From Eledone cirrhosa (Eukaryota): a stretch of DNA of 64,000 nt. This document shows positions 27,594 to 41,577 of the stretch, piece by piece. Location of the stretch: assembly GCA_964016885.1 (NCBI GenBank), contig OZ024741.1, positions 331,266,001 to 331,330,000 on the forward strand, in the 5' to 3' direction. Position 1 is the first letter of the stretch; every line of letters begins with the position of its first letter. The notes under the pieces were generated by a model. It was not told the DNA's origin. It saw nothing but the letters and a program-made list of their open reading frames with translations, and did not search any database. The translations under genes were made by a program, and so were the position numbers.

Positions 27594-27712
27594 CTCCTGA
27601 AGAAGGGCTTATGCCCGAAACGTCGTTCTCCAACCCTCACTCTCAAAAGCGTGAAACTAATAAACCTTTGTTTGTACTGCCTCTCTGTTTTTGTTCTCGG
27701 CCCAGTTTTCAC
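27591..27712 (+). mobile_element. Penelope-type 3' remnant with a minimal hammerhead core
   Basis: CTGAAGA-a-gggc[ttat]gccc-GAAA-CGTC at 27597-27624; stem I almost absent; flanked by (TA)n. Confidence 0.6.
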
Positions 27713-27739
27713 TATATATATATATATATATATATCATC

Positions 27740-27799
<60 letters not shown>

Positions 27800-29068
27800 G
27801 GAGGTTGTATCAAAAAGTTTCTGGTCTAGTTCTGTAGCATGACAACAGAGGACAACACATAGTTGTGTGCGCAATGAGAACTAGCAGTGACCTTCATGCG
27901 CCAGTGTGCCATGTAATATTACTATGTTCACTTCACTTCGCAAGTTGTGAAATTTGTGTTTTTGTGCTCACGTTTATGCTGTAGCCGGCAATTTTGTCAT
28001 GAACAGGAAGTTGGAACAAATAGCCAATGTTGAATTTTGTGTTCAGCTTGGGAAGTCTGCTACCAAGACATTGAGCATGCTTTGACAAGCTTATGGTGAT
28101 GAGGCAATGGGTTGTACACAATGTTTTGAGTGGCATAGGAGCGGCTTCAAAAGCGGAAGAATGTCCCTGGAAGATGACAAACAAACTGGAAGACCTGCCA
28201 TGAACCTCATCGCTGGAAATAGGGAGAAAATTAATCAGCTTGTGCATAAGGATCATCAGAGGACAATCAATGCAATGATATTGTATGGGTCCATGCAGAC
28301 AATCCTAACATCTGAATTGAACATGATGCATGTCGCTGACAAGTTTGTCTCCCTCCTGCTGACTACTGAGCAGAAAGAACATACGTCGAAGTCTGTCAAG
28401 ATCTCCATCAGCATGCTACTTCATGTCGAGGATCATCTCTGGTGACGAGAGTTGTGTCTATGGCAGCAGTCAGTACAGTGGAAAAGCCCTTCATCTCCAC
28501 ACCTAAAGAAGGCATGACAGAGTCACAGCTCAATCAAGAGCATGCTCATCGTTTTTTTCGACATCCATCGTATTGTGCATTGAGAATTCATCCCCCAGGG
28601 CCAGGCCATTGATCGAGAGTTCTACTGCAACATTTTGAGGCATTTAAGAGAGGTTGATTGGTGAAAGTGTCCAGATCTGTGGCGCACAAAGCATTGGATT
28701 CTTCATGACGACAATACACTCTGTCATCGAACTATCTTCACTCATGAGTTTCTCACCCAATACAATATTGTATTGCTTCCGCATCAACCTTATTCACCAG
28801 ATTTAGTATCAGCAGACTTCCATCTCTTCTTCACACTGAAAATACGGCTCAAAGGTTGCCATTTTAACACCATTGCCGAGATCCAGAGTGAATCACAGAA
28901 GGTCCTTAACTCACTTATGGAAAATGATTTCCAGACCAAATTCCAAAACTAGCAGGAAAGCTGGGACCGGTGTAAAATGATTATTTCAAAGGAGATGATG
29001 TTAAAACTCAGGCAAATATATTAATTTTTTTTAAACATAACTAGTCCGGGAACTTTTTAATACTACCT
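27800..29068 (+). mobile_element. Mariner (Tc1/mariner) DNA transposon, near full-length, decayed
   Basis: Imperfect TIRs gaggttgtatcaaaaagtttctggtctag / ctagtccgggaactttttaatactacct within TA runs; ~1.27 kb. Confidence 0.9.
27999..29003 (+). pseudogene. Mariner transposase pseudogene
   Basis: FCVQLGKSATKT, QAYGDEAM, FKSGRMSLEDD.TGRP, GDES, HDDN, PYSPDLVSADFHLFFTLK; multiple stops and frameshifts. Confidence 0.9.
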
Positions 29069-29479
29069 TATATATATATATATATATATATACACTTACA
29101 CACAAAGATATGTATGGATATATATATATATATATATATACACAAACTTACATAGAGACACCCACTCATATACACTTACACACACACAGACTTACACAAA
29201 CACACACTCATATGCATTTACACACAAACACACACTCACATACACTTACACAAAAACACACACTCATTTACACTTACACACACACATACACTTACACACA
29301 CACACACACACACACTCACACATACACACACATATGATTGCTTTATTCCCTTTTCAATGAAATTTACTTCAACTTCTGGGCCAGATTCCAACACCAAAGA
29401 CATTTCCCAAATCTACATTATTACGAAAAAATACCACAAGGAATATCTAATTAATCTTCTATTTCCGGAACTTTCTCTG

Positions 29480-30310
29480 TGTTTCATCAAATAACCCCTT
29501 CAAGCCCTTTCTCTGTAAATCTTTCCTCTTTCTCTATAAACCCTTCCTCTCTATATATCACTCTTCCTATTTCTATATATTTCTATAACTCCTCCTCCCT
29601 CTCTAAACCCCTTTTCTCTCTCTATAAACCCTTCTTCTCTCTCTCTATAAACCTTCCTCCAACTCTAACTCTTCCTCTCTCTCTATGACCCTTCCTCCTA
29701 CTATATCACTTCCTTCCACTGTAAACCGTTCCTTTCTCTCTCTATAACCCTTCCTCACACTCTATAACTCCCCCTCCCTCTATATCTCTTCCTCTTTCTC
29801 TATAAACCCTTCCTTCCACTTAAACTCCTTCGCACTCTCTATATATCTCTATATCTCTTCCTTCCACTATAAACACATTCTCTCTCTATAACTCCTCCTC
29901 CCTCAATAAACCTTTCTACCACTATAACCCTCCTTCTTAATACAACTCTTCCTTACTCTTTAGAACTTTTCTACCCTCTATAAACTCTTCCTCTTTCTCT
30001 ACAACCCTTCCTTTCACTGTAACTCTTCCCCTCTCTCTATATATCTCTATAACTTTTCTGTCTCTCTCTACACCTCTTCCTCCCACCATAACCCTTCCTC
30101 CCACTATAACTCTTACCCTCACTATACCTCTTCCTCCCACAATAACCTTCTTCCCACTATAACCTTCCTCCCACTATAACTTCTCTCACTATAACCCTTC
30201 TCTTCCCTATAACCCTTCCTCCCATTATAACCCTTCCTTCCACTATAACCTTCCACCCACTATAACCATTCCTCTCACTATAACCCTTCTTCCCACCATA
30301 ACTCTTGCCT
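29480..30310. repeat. CT-rich degenerate minisatellite (ccactataacccttcct)n
   Basis: Direct inspection. Confidence 0.8.
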
Positions 30311-30414
30311 ACTTCAACACTACCCATCATAAGTTGTTGCTTCTCACAAAGTTCTCCCTTCAATCCACTTGATGCCAAAACCACCCTTCGTTCTATGATA
30401 TAAAACTGTTTATT

Positions 30415-30643
30415 TTAACCCTTTGGTATTTAAACCAACCATATCTGGCCAGAATTCTCCCACTTCTTTCTTTTCAAACCAGTCCTAACTGGTTGCTCAT
30501 ACTGATTTTAAGGTATTGCTCTCAAAATAAATAATATCAAAATCTCATAGATTTGATATTATGTGAGATAATTATGTGAAGTAAAGCCTTTACCAGGAAA
30601 ATATAATAGTAAATATAGAGTAATGTAAATGCTAAAGGGTTGA
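30415..30643. mobile_element. piggyBac-like MITE
   Basis: TTAA-CCCTTT...AAAGGG-TTGA ends; related inverted copy at 44978-45184. Confidence 0.6.
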
Positions 30644-30819
30644 AGTGTTTTTATGTATCTAAAAACCTTCCATCATAATGATTGAGATCTATGACCTTCT
30701 GTAACTGAGCAGAATTGGTGACAGTTGAGAATCAAAACATTGTAGTTCACTCAATGAGATATAAGAATATCTCATAGTCACAAATAGAACCAGACATGTG
30801 AAAGACACACCAGCTTGGC

Positions 30820-31650
30820 TATGTGTACTGTAATGCTAAATGGCAGTGAGAGATGGGTCTTGACTGCAGAAGATCTGCCAAGGTGCAGTGCGAGATATGC
30901 ATCCACTGCACCTATTAAGGTGCAATGACTGCAGAAGACCTGTTAAGGTGCTGTGACTGCAGAAGACCTGTTAAGGTGCTGTGACTGTAGAAGACCTGTT
31001 ATGGCACAGTGATAGCAGAAGACATATTATGGTAGTGTGACTGCAGAAGACCTGTTATGGTGCAGTGACTGCAAAAGACCTGTTATGGTGCAGTGACTGT
31101 AGAAGACCTGTTATGGCACAGTGACTGCAAAAGACCTGTTATGGTGCAGTGACTGCAGAAGACCTGTTATGGTGTAGTGACTGCAAAAGACCTGTTATGG
31201 TGCAGTGACTGCAGAAGACCTGTTATGGTGCAGTGACTGCAGAAGACCTGTTATGGTGCAGTGACTGCAGAAGACCTGTTATGTTGCAGTCACTTCAGAA
31301 GACCTGTTTTGGTGCAGTTACTGCAGAAGACCTTTATGTTGTAGTGACTGCAGAAGACCTGTTATGGTGCAGTGACTGCAAAAGACATGGGCCTTGATTG
31401 TAGAAGATCTACTAAGGTGCAATGAGAGATGTGCATCCACTGCAGAAAACATGGGCCTTGACTGCAGAAGACCTGCTAAGGCTAGAAAGAAATGAAGTAT
31501 GCATGTTCTGGTAGATATGTAATGTTAGTGTTTATAAACAATGTAGCATAAGTGAGCTGAGAGAAAATTTCCGTCTAAGAGGAATGCAACTAACGTGCAA
31601 GAGAGAAGACTGTGGTGGTATGGATATGTGATGTATATAGAAGATGACAG
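30820..31650 (+). mobile_element. Old RTE ORF fragment interrupted by a 28-bp minisatellite
   Basis: VMLNGSERWVLTAEDL before the array and ETWALTAEDLLRLERNEVCM...ERRLWWYGYVM after it. Confidence 0.75.
30925..31385. repeat. 28-bp minisatellite, ~16 copies
   Basis: Unit gtgactgcagaagacctgttatggtgca at 31205, 31233 and 31261. Confidence 0.95.
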
Positions 31651-32277
31651 TAAAATAATAACAGAATGAAGAATCTATCATCCTTATAATCACTGATTTC
31701 AGAGCAATGGATTGGCAGAATCATTACAGCATCAAACCAAAATACTTTATAGCTTTAAGTTATGGCTCTTTATAGTCTGAGTTTAAATCTGGCCAAGGTC
31801 AACTTTACCTTTCATCCTTCCTGCAGCTTTATAATATAAAGTACCAGTTAAATGCTGGGGTTTATTTCATTGATTTTCTCCAACCCCACAAATAGATTTT
31901 TCTCTATCCCCAATTTGCTGGGCTTGTGACTGAATTTTTGCCTACCCACAAATGTACTGGCCTTGTGCCTAAATTTTCCCCTTCCTAAAATTTATTTTCC
32001 CTAACCCCCAAATTTGCTGGCCTAGTGCCTGGATTTTCCCCTACACCCAAATTTGCTGTCACTGACTTCCAATTCCTAAGATCTTAGATTTATTAAAGAG
32101 ATATGATATTGTGTGATGTTCATGCCCCTCCTCAAGGTATTAAAATACACACCATACCTCCACCTTTCCCAATTCATCTCTGTGCCTAACATGTTATTAC
32201 ATCCCACACATCTGAGATTTTAATAAACAGGATTTAATATTTATATTTATAGTATACATTTTATTTCTGTTACACTG

Positions 32278-32351
<74 letters not shown>

Positions 32352-32739
32352 ATGTGTGTGTTTGTGTGTTTATAAATACACACACACATGTATATATATA
32401 TATATGTGTGTGTATGTGTGTGTTTATAAATACACACACACATGTATATATATATATATATACACACATACATACATTCATACATACATACATACATACA
32501 TACATACATTTCATATCTAAACCCCACAAATTACACATATAAAAGAAACACACACACATATACCCCGACCTCATCCCCCCTAAAAGAAACCATAATAAAT
32601 AAAAACAATAAACATCCCCTATATCATTTAGTGATATCTGTTATATTAATGATCCAAAGTCAGAGTTTTATTGCGATCAGAGTGTTGTTTATCTTAAATA
32701 ATTTTCTGATCTGTTCCCTGCAAATAAATCTATATACTT

Positions 32740-34018
<1,279 letters not shown>

Positions 34019-34124
34019 ATAATAATAAAATTGAAGACTGAAATCCAAAGAGGGCTCGATAAGGAAAATATATATCAAATATATAAGAACCGTAGAGCAA
34101 ATATTTATTAAAATAACAGATTAA

Positions 34125-34175
34125 AGTTTAAGCAAAGAATCGCTGCTTTCACCCTTAACGGGATCTTCTGAAACT
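34125..34175 (-). ncRNA. Hammerhead-like fold with variant core (mirror copy)
   Basis: Reverse complement of 34995-35045. Confidence 0.5.
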
Positions 34176-34994
34176 AACAAAGTCAATCTGTAAACGCAGA
34201 AGTGGATATTTCAAAAAACGTTGCAACCGGAGGAAGACAGGAAGACGATACTTTGGTTCGTGGTAACGTTCGCTGGCAAAGAACGGGAAAAGACGAATAA
34301 TACGTCATTAATAGGAGCGGTGAAAAACAATTACGCGCAAAGACAAAACCACGTTTATGGTATAAAAGAGGTCGTAGACTAATGTTCTCTTAGGTGGTGC
34401 ATATAGACGTTTTCTGGCAATGAACGAAAAAACGAAGATAATAAGTCAAATGTGGAGCGTGGAGAACAATAGCACGCAAAGACAAAACCACGTAAATGGT
34501 ATAGCAGAAATCGTAGACTAAAATTCTAACTAGGAGACCAAATGAATCTCCGCTACAGAGTTAAGAACAAAGTAAATAAATACAATACAGTAGTAATAGA
34601 AACAAATAAATACATACACGCAAACAGATACGTACTAGTTAGAATTTTAGTCTACGATTTCTGCTATACCATTTACGTGGTTTTGTCTTTGCGTGCTATT
34701 GTTCTCCACGCTCCACATTTGACTTATTATCTTCGTTTTTTCGTTCATTGCCAGAGAACGTCTCTATGCACCACCTAAGAGAACATTAGTCTACGACCTC
34801 TTTTATACCATAAACGTGGTTTTGTCTTTGCGCGTAATTGTTTTTCACCGCTCCTATTAATGACGTATTATATTCGTTTTTTCCCGTTCTTTGCCAGTGA
34901 ACGTTACCACGAACCAAAGTATCGTCTTCCTGTCTTCCTCCGGTTGCAACGTTTTTTGAAATATCCAGTTCTGCGTTTACAGATTGACTTTGTT

Positions 34995-35045
34995 AGTTTC
35001 AGAAGATCCCGTTAAGGGTGAAAGCAGCGATTCTTTGCTTAAACT
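34995..35045 (+). ncRNA. Hammerhead-like fold with variant core CAGAAGA
   Basis: agttt-CAGAAGA-t-ccc[gttaa]ggg-t-GAAA-gca[gcgattctt]tg-CTT-aaact. Confidence 0.5.
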
Positions 35046-35061
35046 TTAATCTGTTATTTTA

Positions 35062-35142
<81 letters not shown>

Positions 35143-35363
35143 CATATCATCATCATCGTTTAACATCCATTTTCCATGCTAGCATGGGTTAGATGGGTTG
35201 TCCCATTAGAGGCATGTTGGGTCAGGTGACCGTGTCTTGCTCATATAGGACTGTTTCTGGCTAGATTTCTATGACTGGACACCCTTCTTAACGTCAACAC
35301 ATTTACAGTGTGAGCTGGGTGCTTCTTGTTGTGTCACCTACACAACCACTTTACATGTGGGCT

Positions 35364-35414
<51 letters not shown>

Positions 35415-36902
35415 CTGATCAAGTCACTCTCATTGAATGACCAAATGAGGTTGATTTTTCAACATAGTCCCTGGAAAGAAACAATGCATTTATTAATAAG
35501 AATAATTCAAATAGTTACATCCAAGATTTCACAGCTCTAGCATCACCCCTTCATAGACAGCTTATGAATTTTTCATCCTACCCTTATATTTTTCAATCCT
35601 GTGGTGTCGATGATGACCCTTGCACTTTCATGTCATCTGTTTAGCACAGAGGGAGGGAGAGGGGGTAAGAGGTAGGGGAGGGGAGTAATGTGTAATGGTT
35701 GTAATGGTAAGGGTGGAGATGGGGAGATGTTGTGCAGTTAGGTTTTTCCAATAGAAGGGAAAAGGGAAACATTTTTTGTTCAGTTTTATTAGGATCCACA
35801 GCAACTGATCTGATTATTTGATTATTTTTGCTATCTCTAGATTTAGTGTTTGATAGCTAGCTGGCTCCATATATATACATATATATACATATATATATGC
35901 GTGTGAGAGTGTATACACACACACATATATGTGTATATATATCTGTATATATATATCTATCTGTATATATATCTGTATCTAGATATATATACATATATAT
36001 GTGTGTATACATATATATATATCTATCTATCTGTATATATATATATATCAATCGCTCTCTTTTTCTCATTGCCCCTTTCTTGCTTTACACACACGGCTAA
36101 CATATGCAATGTGATCTGGCACTAAATAGGATCTTGAACTCTGAAAGTCTGCTACACTTTCTGTCTCTAACAAGCATCATTCTGCCTGCCTTTCAATCGT
36201 TCACTTCACACACACATATTTGCAATATACACACACATATATATATATCAATATGTTTGATGTTACTGACATGGCACTTCGAATGGAAATGACTTCTGTG
36301 AATATGTAATAAAATATTTGAGTGAATGCAGAGATCGACTGTCACAATCTTATATTTAAATCTGATTCTGCTAACTGGAAATGATATATAATGATATATA
36401 ATGATATATAATGATATATATAATGATATATATATATATGATATATATAATGTTATATATTGATATATATATATATATGATATATATATGTATATATACA
36501 ATATAAGTATATGATATATATATGCTAATCAATGGATTATTTACATGTAAAATGAGTGAAGCAGAATAGAAACTGCAGAAACAAATAGCCTTTATCTAGC
36601 AATAAATGATTAATTTAGTTGGGATTAGATCCCTACTATTGTTATGGCCCTCTGGTCAGTGTTTGACTAACAATTGTAAAATCTACAGGTCGGTTCCCAC
36701 ACTGGGTGGTCAGGGCATTTAACTAATGATTCTGCATTTTACACTAGGTGGTCAGACTGTTTAGTAATGGTTGTAAAGTTGTGGGTTTCATTCTCTGAAT
36801 GCGTGGTCAGCGTGTTTGGCTAATGGTTGTAAAGTCATGGTGTTTGTTTTCACGCTGGGTGGTCAGGCTGTTTGGCTAATGGTTGTGCATTTAATTACCA
36901 CA

Positions 36903-38160
36903 CTGGGTGGTCATGGTATCTTGGTTAATTGTAATAAAGTTGTGGTTTTGATTCTCAGACTGGGTGGTCATGGTATCTTGGTTAATTGTAATAAAGTTGT
37001 GGTTTTGATTCTCAGACTGGGTGGTCATGGTATCTTGGTTAATTGTAATAAAGTTGTGGTTTTGATTCTCAGACTGGGTGGTCATGGTATCTTGGTTAAT
37101 TTTAATAAAGTTGTGGTTTTGATTCTCAGACTGGGTGGTCATGGTATCTTGGTTAATTGTAATAAAGTGGTGGGTTTGATTCTCAGACTGGGTGGTCATG
37201 GTGTCTTGGCTAATTTTAATAAAGTGGTGGTTTTGATTCTCAGACTGGGTGGTCATGGTGTCTTGGCTAATTTTAATAAAGTGGTGGTTTTGATTCTCAG
37301 AGTGGGTGGTCATGGTATCTTGGCTAATTTTAATAAAGTGGTGGTTTTGATTCTCAGACTGGGTGGTCATGGTATCTTGGTTAATTGTAATAAAGTTGTG
37401 GTTTTGATTCTCAGACTGGGTGGTCATGGTGTCTTGGCTAATTGTAATAAAGTTGTGGGTTTGATTCTCAGACTGGGTGGTCATGGTGTCTTGGCTAATT
37501 GTAATAAAGTTGTGGTTTTGATTCTCAGAGTGGGTGGTCATGGTGTCTTGGCTAATTGTAATAAAGTGGTGGTTTTGATTCTCAGACTGGGTGGTCATGG
37601 TGTCTTGGCTAATTGTAATAAAGTGGTGGTTTTGATTCTCAGACTGGGTGGTCATGGTGTCTTGGCTAATTGTAATAAAGTTGTGGGTTTGATTCTCAGA
37701 CTGGGTGGTCATGGTGTCTTGGCTAATTGTAATAAAGTTGTGGTTTTGATTCTCAGACTGGGTGGTCATGGTGTCTTGGCTAATTGTAATAAAGTGGTGG
37801 TTTTGATTCTCAGACTGGGTGGTCATGGTCTCTTGGCTAATTGTAATAAAGTTGTGGGTTTGATTCTCAGACTGGGTGGTCATGGTGTCTTGGCTAATTG
37901 TAATAAAGTGGTGGTTTTGATTCTCAGACTGGGTGGTCATGGTGTCTTGGCTAATTGTAATAAAGTTGTGGGTTTGATTCTCAGACTGGGTGGTCATGGT
38001 GTCTTGGCTAATTGTAATAAAGTTGTGGGTTTGATTCTCAGACTGGGTGGTCATGGTGTCTTGGCTAATTGTAATAAAGTTGTGGGTTTGATTCTCAGAC
38101 TGGGTGGTCATGGTCTCTTGGCTAATGGTCGTAAAGTTGTGGGTTTGATTTTTAGACTGG
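36903..38160. repeat. 57-bp tandem satellite, ~22 copies
   Basis: Unit ctgggtggtcatggtgtcttggctaattgtaataaagttgtggttttgattctcaga; 19-aa ORF period. Confidence 0.95.
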
Positions 38161-38199
38161 CTACAAGTTGTGTTTCTGAGCAAGGCTTCTAAATTCATG

Positions 38200-38319
38200 T
38201 TGCAGTAGTAGCAACAGTAGTAGTAGTATTAGCAACAGCAGCAATAACACCAATAGTAGCAATAGCAACAGCTGTAGCAGCAATAGGAGTAGTTGCAGTA
38301 GAAGCAGCAGCAACAGCAG

Positions 38320-38354
<35 letters not shown>

Positions 38355-38355
38355 A

Positions 38356-38403
<48 letters not shown>

Positions 38404-38597
38404 CAGCAGCAGCAGTAATAGCAACAGTAGTAGTAGCATTAGCAACAACTGTAGCAGCAATAGCAGTAGCTGAAGTAGTAGTAGCAGTAGTATGAGCAGC
38501 ATTAGTAGTAGTAGTAGTAGCAGCAGTAATAGCAACAGTAGTAGTAGCAACAGTAGTAGTAGCAGCTGTAGTTGCACTAGTAGCAACAGTAGTAGCA
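38200..38597. repeat. (AGT/AGC)n trinucleotide tract
   Basis: Direct inspection. Confidence 0.9.
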
Positions 38598-39239
38598 TCC
38601 TGGAATGACTGAGCAGAACAAAATCTAAATACAGGTTTGTTAATTCAAATGTTTATGGTATCATTGTGAATATTTGCAAAATGAGAATAAAGACTTCAAA
38701 TTTCAATATGGTTTTGCCAGGAGTTATGACTGGCAGATAGTAGCAGCAATTAAAAGACCAATGGAAACATGTTTTACTTCAACCAATGTAATGATTGGTC
38801 CCTTTCTTCAGCCAGATAGTATCAGCAATGGAAAGATCAAAGGAACCATTTTGCCCTTGGTCCAATCTGTAGATCAGCTTGTACTAGTGGACAGATTGTT
38901 GTAAACATTTGTAGTATTAAGTTTTAACATCCTGTAATAAAATGAAACAGAAAATATTTAAAAACAGGTTTGTTAATTCAAATGTCTATAGTGTTTATAC
39001 TAGTTGACAGATCATTATGAAAATTTACAGAATTAGATTAAAGACTTGAAATTTTAATGTGATTTCATGCAATACAGGACATTAAGAGTTAAGCTATATT
39101 ATTCTCAATTTATTTTGATTCAATGAATTACACAAGATATATTATATTATAAAGTTTGTTCAGTGAACAATTTTATATTTTTTAGGTTGATATAAACATC
39201 AATCTTTACTGAAGTATCCTTTATGTTCTCAAATAAATT

Positions 39240-39315
<76 letters not shown>

Positions 39316-39316
39316 T

Positions 39317-39388
<72 letters not shown>

Positions 39389-39457
39389 AATGTACACACA
39401 AATATGTAAATAAATACATACGCATATATACATATATACACACATATGCACACCCGC

Positions 39458-39514
<57 letters not shown>

Positions 39515-39640
39515 AACACACACATACACACATATATACATATATATATATATATACACATACACTCACATACACACTCACACACACATATATATATATA
39601 CATATTCACACACATGCACACACACATATGTATGTATGTG

Positions 39641-39688
<48 letters not shown>

Positions 39689-39906
39689 TATATATATATA
39701 AGTATGTATATATGTATGTGTATGTGTATGTGAATATGTTTGTGTATGTGTGTTGAGAAATAATGAAGTCCATTGATTATAATCAATATCCTACTTCCAC
39801 TTAGCTAGGTTAAATGTCTGACCCGGTGAAGCGAATCACTGTAAATGGGAAAGAAAACATTAAATATTTAAGCAATACAAGACATTACAAAATAACTTAC
39901 CTACAG

Positions 39907-40860
39907 ACATGGCTGTGTGGTTAAGGAGTTTGGTTAGCAACCACCACGAGGTACAATATACAGTCATGATGGGTCTTCTATTATAGCCTTGGGTTGACTA
40001 ATGCCTTATATGGGCAAATGTCTTCTACTATAGCCTTATGTCGACTAATGCCTTATAAGGGAAAATGTCTTCTACCATAGCCTTGTGTTGACTTATATGG
40101 GCAAATGTCTTCTGTTATAGCCTTGGGTTGACTAATGCCTTATATGGGCAAATGTCTTCTACTATAGCCTTGGGTTGACCAATGTCTTATATGGACATGT
40201 GTCTACTACTATAGTCTTACGTTGACCAATGCCTTATATGGGCATGTGTCCTCTACTATAGCCTTGTGTCCTCTACTATAGCCTTGAGTTGACCAATGCC
40301 TTATATGGGCAAATGTCTTCTACTATAGCCTTGGGTTGACCAATGCTTTGTATGGACATGTGTCTTCTACTATAGCCTTACGTTTACCAATGCCTTATAT
40401 GGGCAAGTGTCTTTTACTATAACCTCCAGTTGGCCAATACATTGTATGGACAAGTGTATTCTACTTGAGTTGACCAATGCCTTATATGAGCAAGTGTCTT
40501 CTACTATAGCCTTAGCCTTTCGTTGACCAATGCCTTATATGGACATGTGTCTTCTACTATAACCTTGAGTTGACCAATGCCTTATATGGACAAATGTATT
40601 CTACTAGAACCTTGGGTTGACCAATGCCTTATATGGACATGTGTCTTCTACTATAGCCTTACGTTTACCAATGCCTTATATGGGCAAGTGTCTTTTACTA
40701 TAACCTCCAGTTGGCCAATACCTTGTATGGACAAATGTATTCTACTTGAGTTTACCAATACCTTATATGGGCAAGTATCTTCTACTATAACCTTGGGTTG
40801 ACCAATATCTTGGGAGTGGAATTTGGTAGGTGGGAACTGTAAAGAAGCCCATTGTATATA
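39907..40860 (+). mobile_element. tRNA-derived SINE (family C) with its interior expanded into a ~47-bp tandem array
   Basis: Head atggctgtgtggttaaggagtttg; repeats gccttgggttgaccaatgccttatatgggcaaatgtcttctactata; tail gaatttggtaggtgggaactgtaaagaagccc. Shorter relatives at ~51354-51460 and 58197-58302. Confidence 0.7.
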
Positions 40861-41138
40861 TAGTACTGAAAATACTTGGCAATTAAACAGATGTTTTCAT
40901 TGGTATTCAGGGTTTCATGAGGGTATTTGATTAATCATAGCAGATCAATCAGAAACCATCATGAAATTTGGAGTATTAATGAAAACAAGCTTAGTTACCA
41001 TGTATTTTAAGTATAAAAAAAAAGTAGCTCTATGTTTACATATTGAGGGCTCATACTTTCGTAATTACAATTTACACTCAGATAATTATATATATATATA
41101 TACATATTTAGTTATGTAATAAACAACAAGATAATTAT

Positions 41139-41196
41139 TTCATTTACCAGTGGTTTCTTGAAGACAGATGTATCTGTCTTCAGTCATCAGAATGAA
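41139..41196 (-). ncRNA. Type I hammerhead ribozyme (predicted)
   Basis: Minus strand ttcatt-CTGATGA-ctgaagacagat[ac]atctgtcttcaa-GAAA-ccactg-GTA-aatgaa. Confidence 0.7.
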
Positions 41197-41248
41197 TAAA
41201 AAACATGGTGTTTTTATTAAATATCTAATAAAAACACCATGTTATTTA

Positions 41249-41309
41249 TTCATTCTGACGACTGAAGACAGATACAACATCTGTCTTCAAGAAACCACTG
41301 GTAAATGAA
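41249..41309 (+). ncRNA. Type I hammerhead ribozyme (predicted)
   Basis: ttcatt-CTGACGA-ctgaagacagat[acaac]atctgtcttcaa-GAAA-ccactg-GTA-aatgaa. Confidence 0.75.
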
Positions 41310-41577
41310 ATAATTATCTTATGTTGTTTATTACATAACTAATAAGCTCTGTAGCCTACATAGAGCACTCTTTTTTCCTGTACCTTTCTGACAGAAATAC
41401 TTCATTTATATATATACATATGTTAATGAGGTAGATGATCAGCTACAAGCTCAGGAGGTCACGAGACAAAACTACCTCTACCTCGCTAATATACCCACTC
41501 AGCATTATACCATGTATTGAGTACTACTCTAATTTGTGGTCTGCCTGGTCCTCACACTGCAGAATATATATATATAT

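Larger units (their letters stand above)
34101..35069. mobile_element. Large fold-back element, arms ~433 bp (34101-34533 / 34635-35069)
   Basis: Arms are near-perfect reverse complements; flanked by (TA)n; hammerhead-like fold near the outer end of each arm. Confidence 0.8.
41108..41407. mobile_element. Penelope-like fold-back element with a hammerhead in each arm
   Basis: Arms 41108-41219 / 41226-41342, plus a tail homologous to 2600-2690. Confidence 0.75.

Noticed and set aside
30925-31385. CRISPR-like array of 28-bp repeats
   Set aside because: No unique spacers, no cas genes, eukaryotic context; the unit derives from RTE sequence.
36816-38198. 458-aa and 435-aa ORFs on both strands
   Set aside because: Translation of a 57-bp satellite; no gene context.
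38161-38598. Poly-Leu membrane-protein-like ORF
   Set aside because: Trinucleotide repeat.
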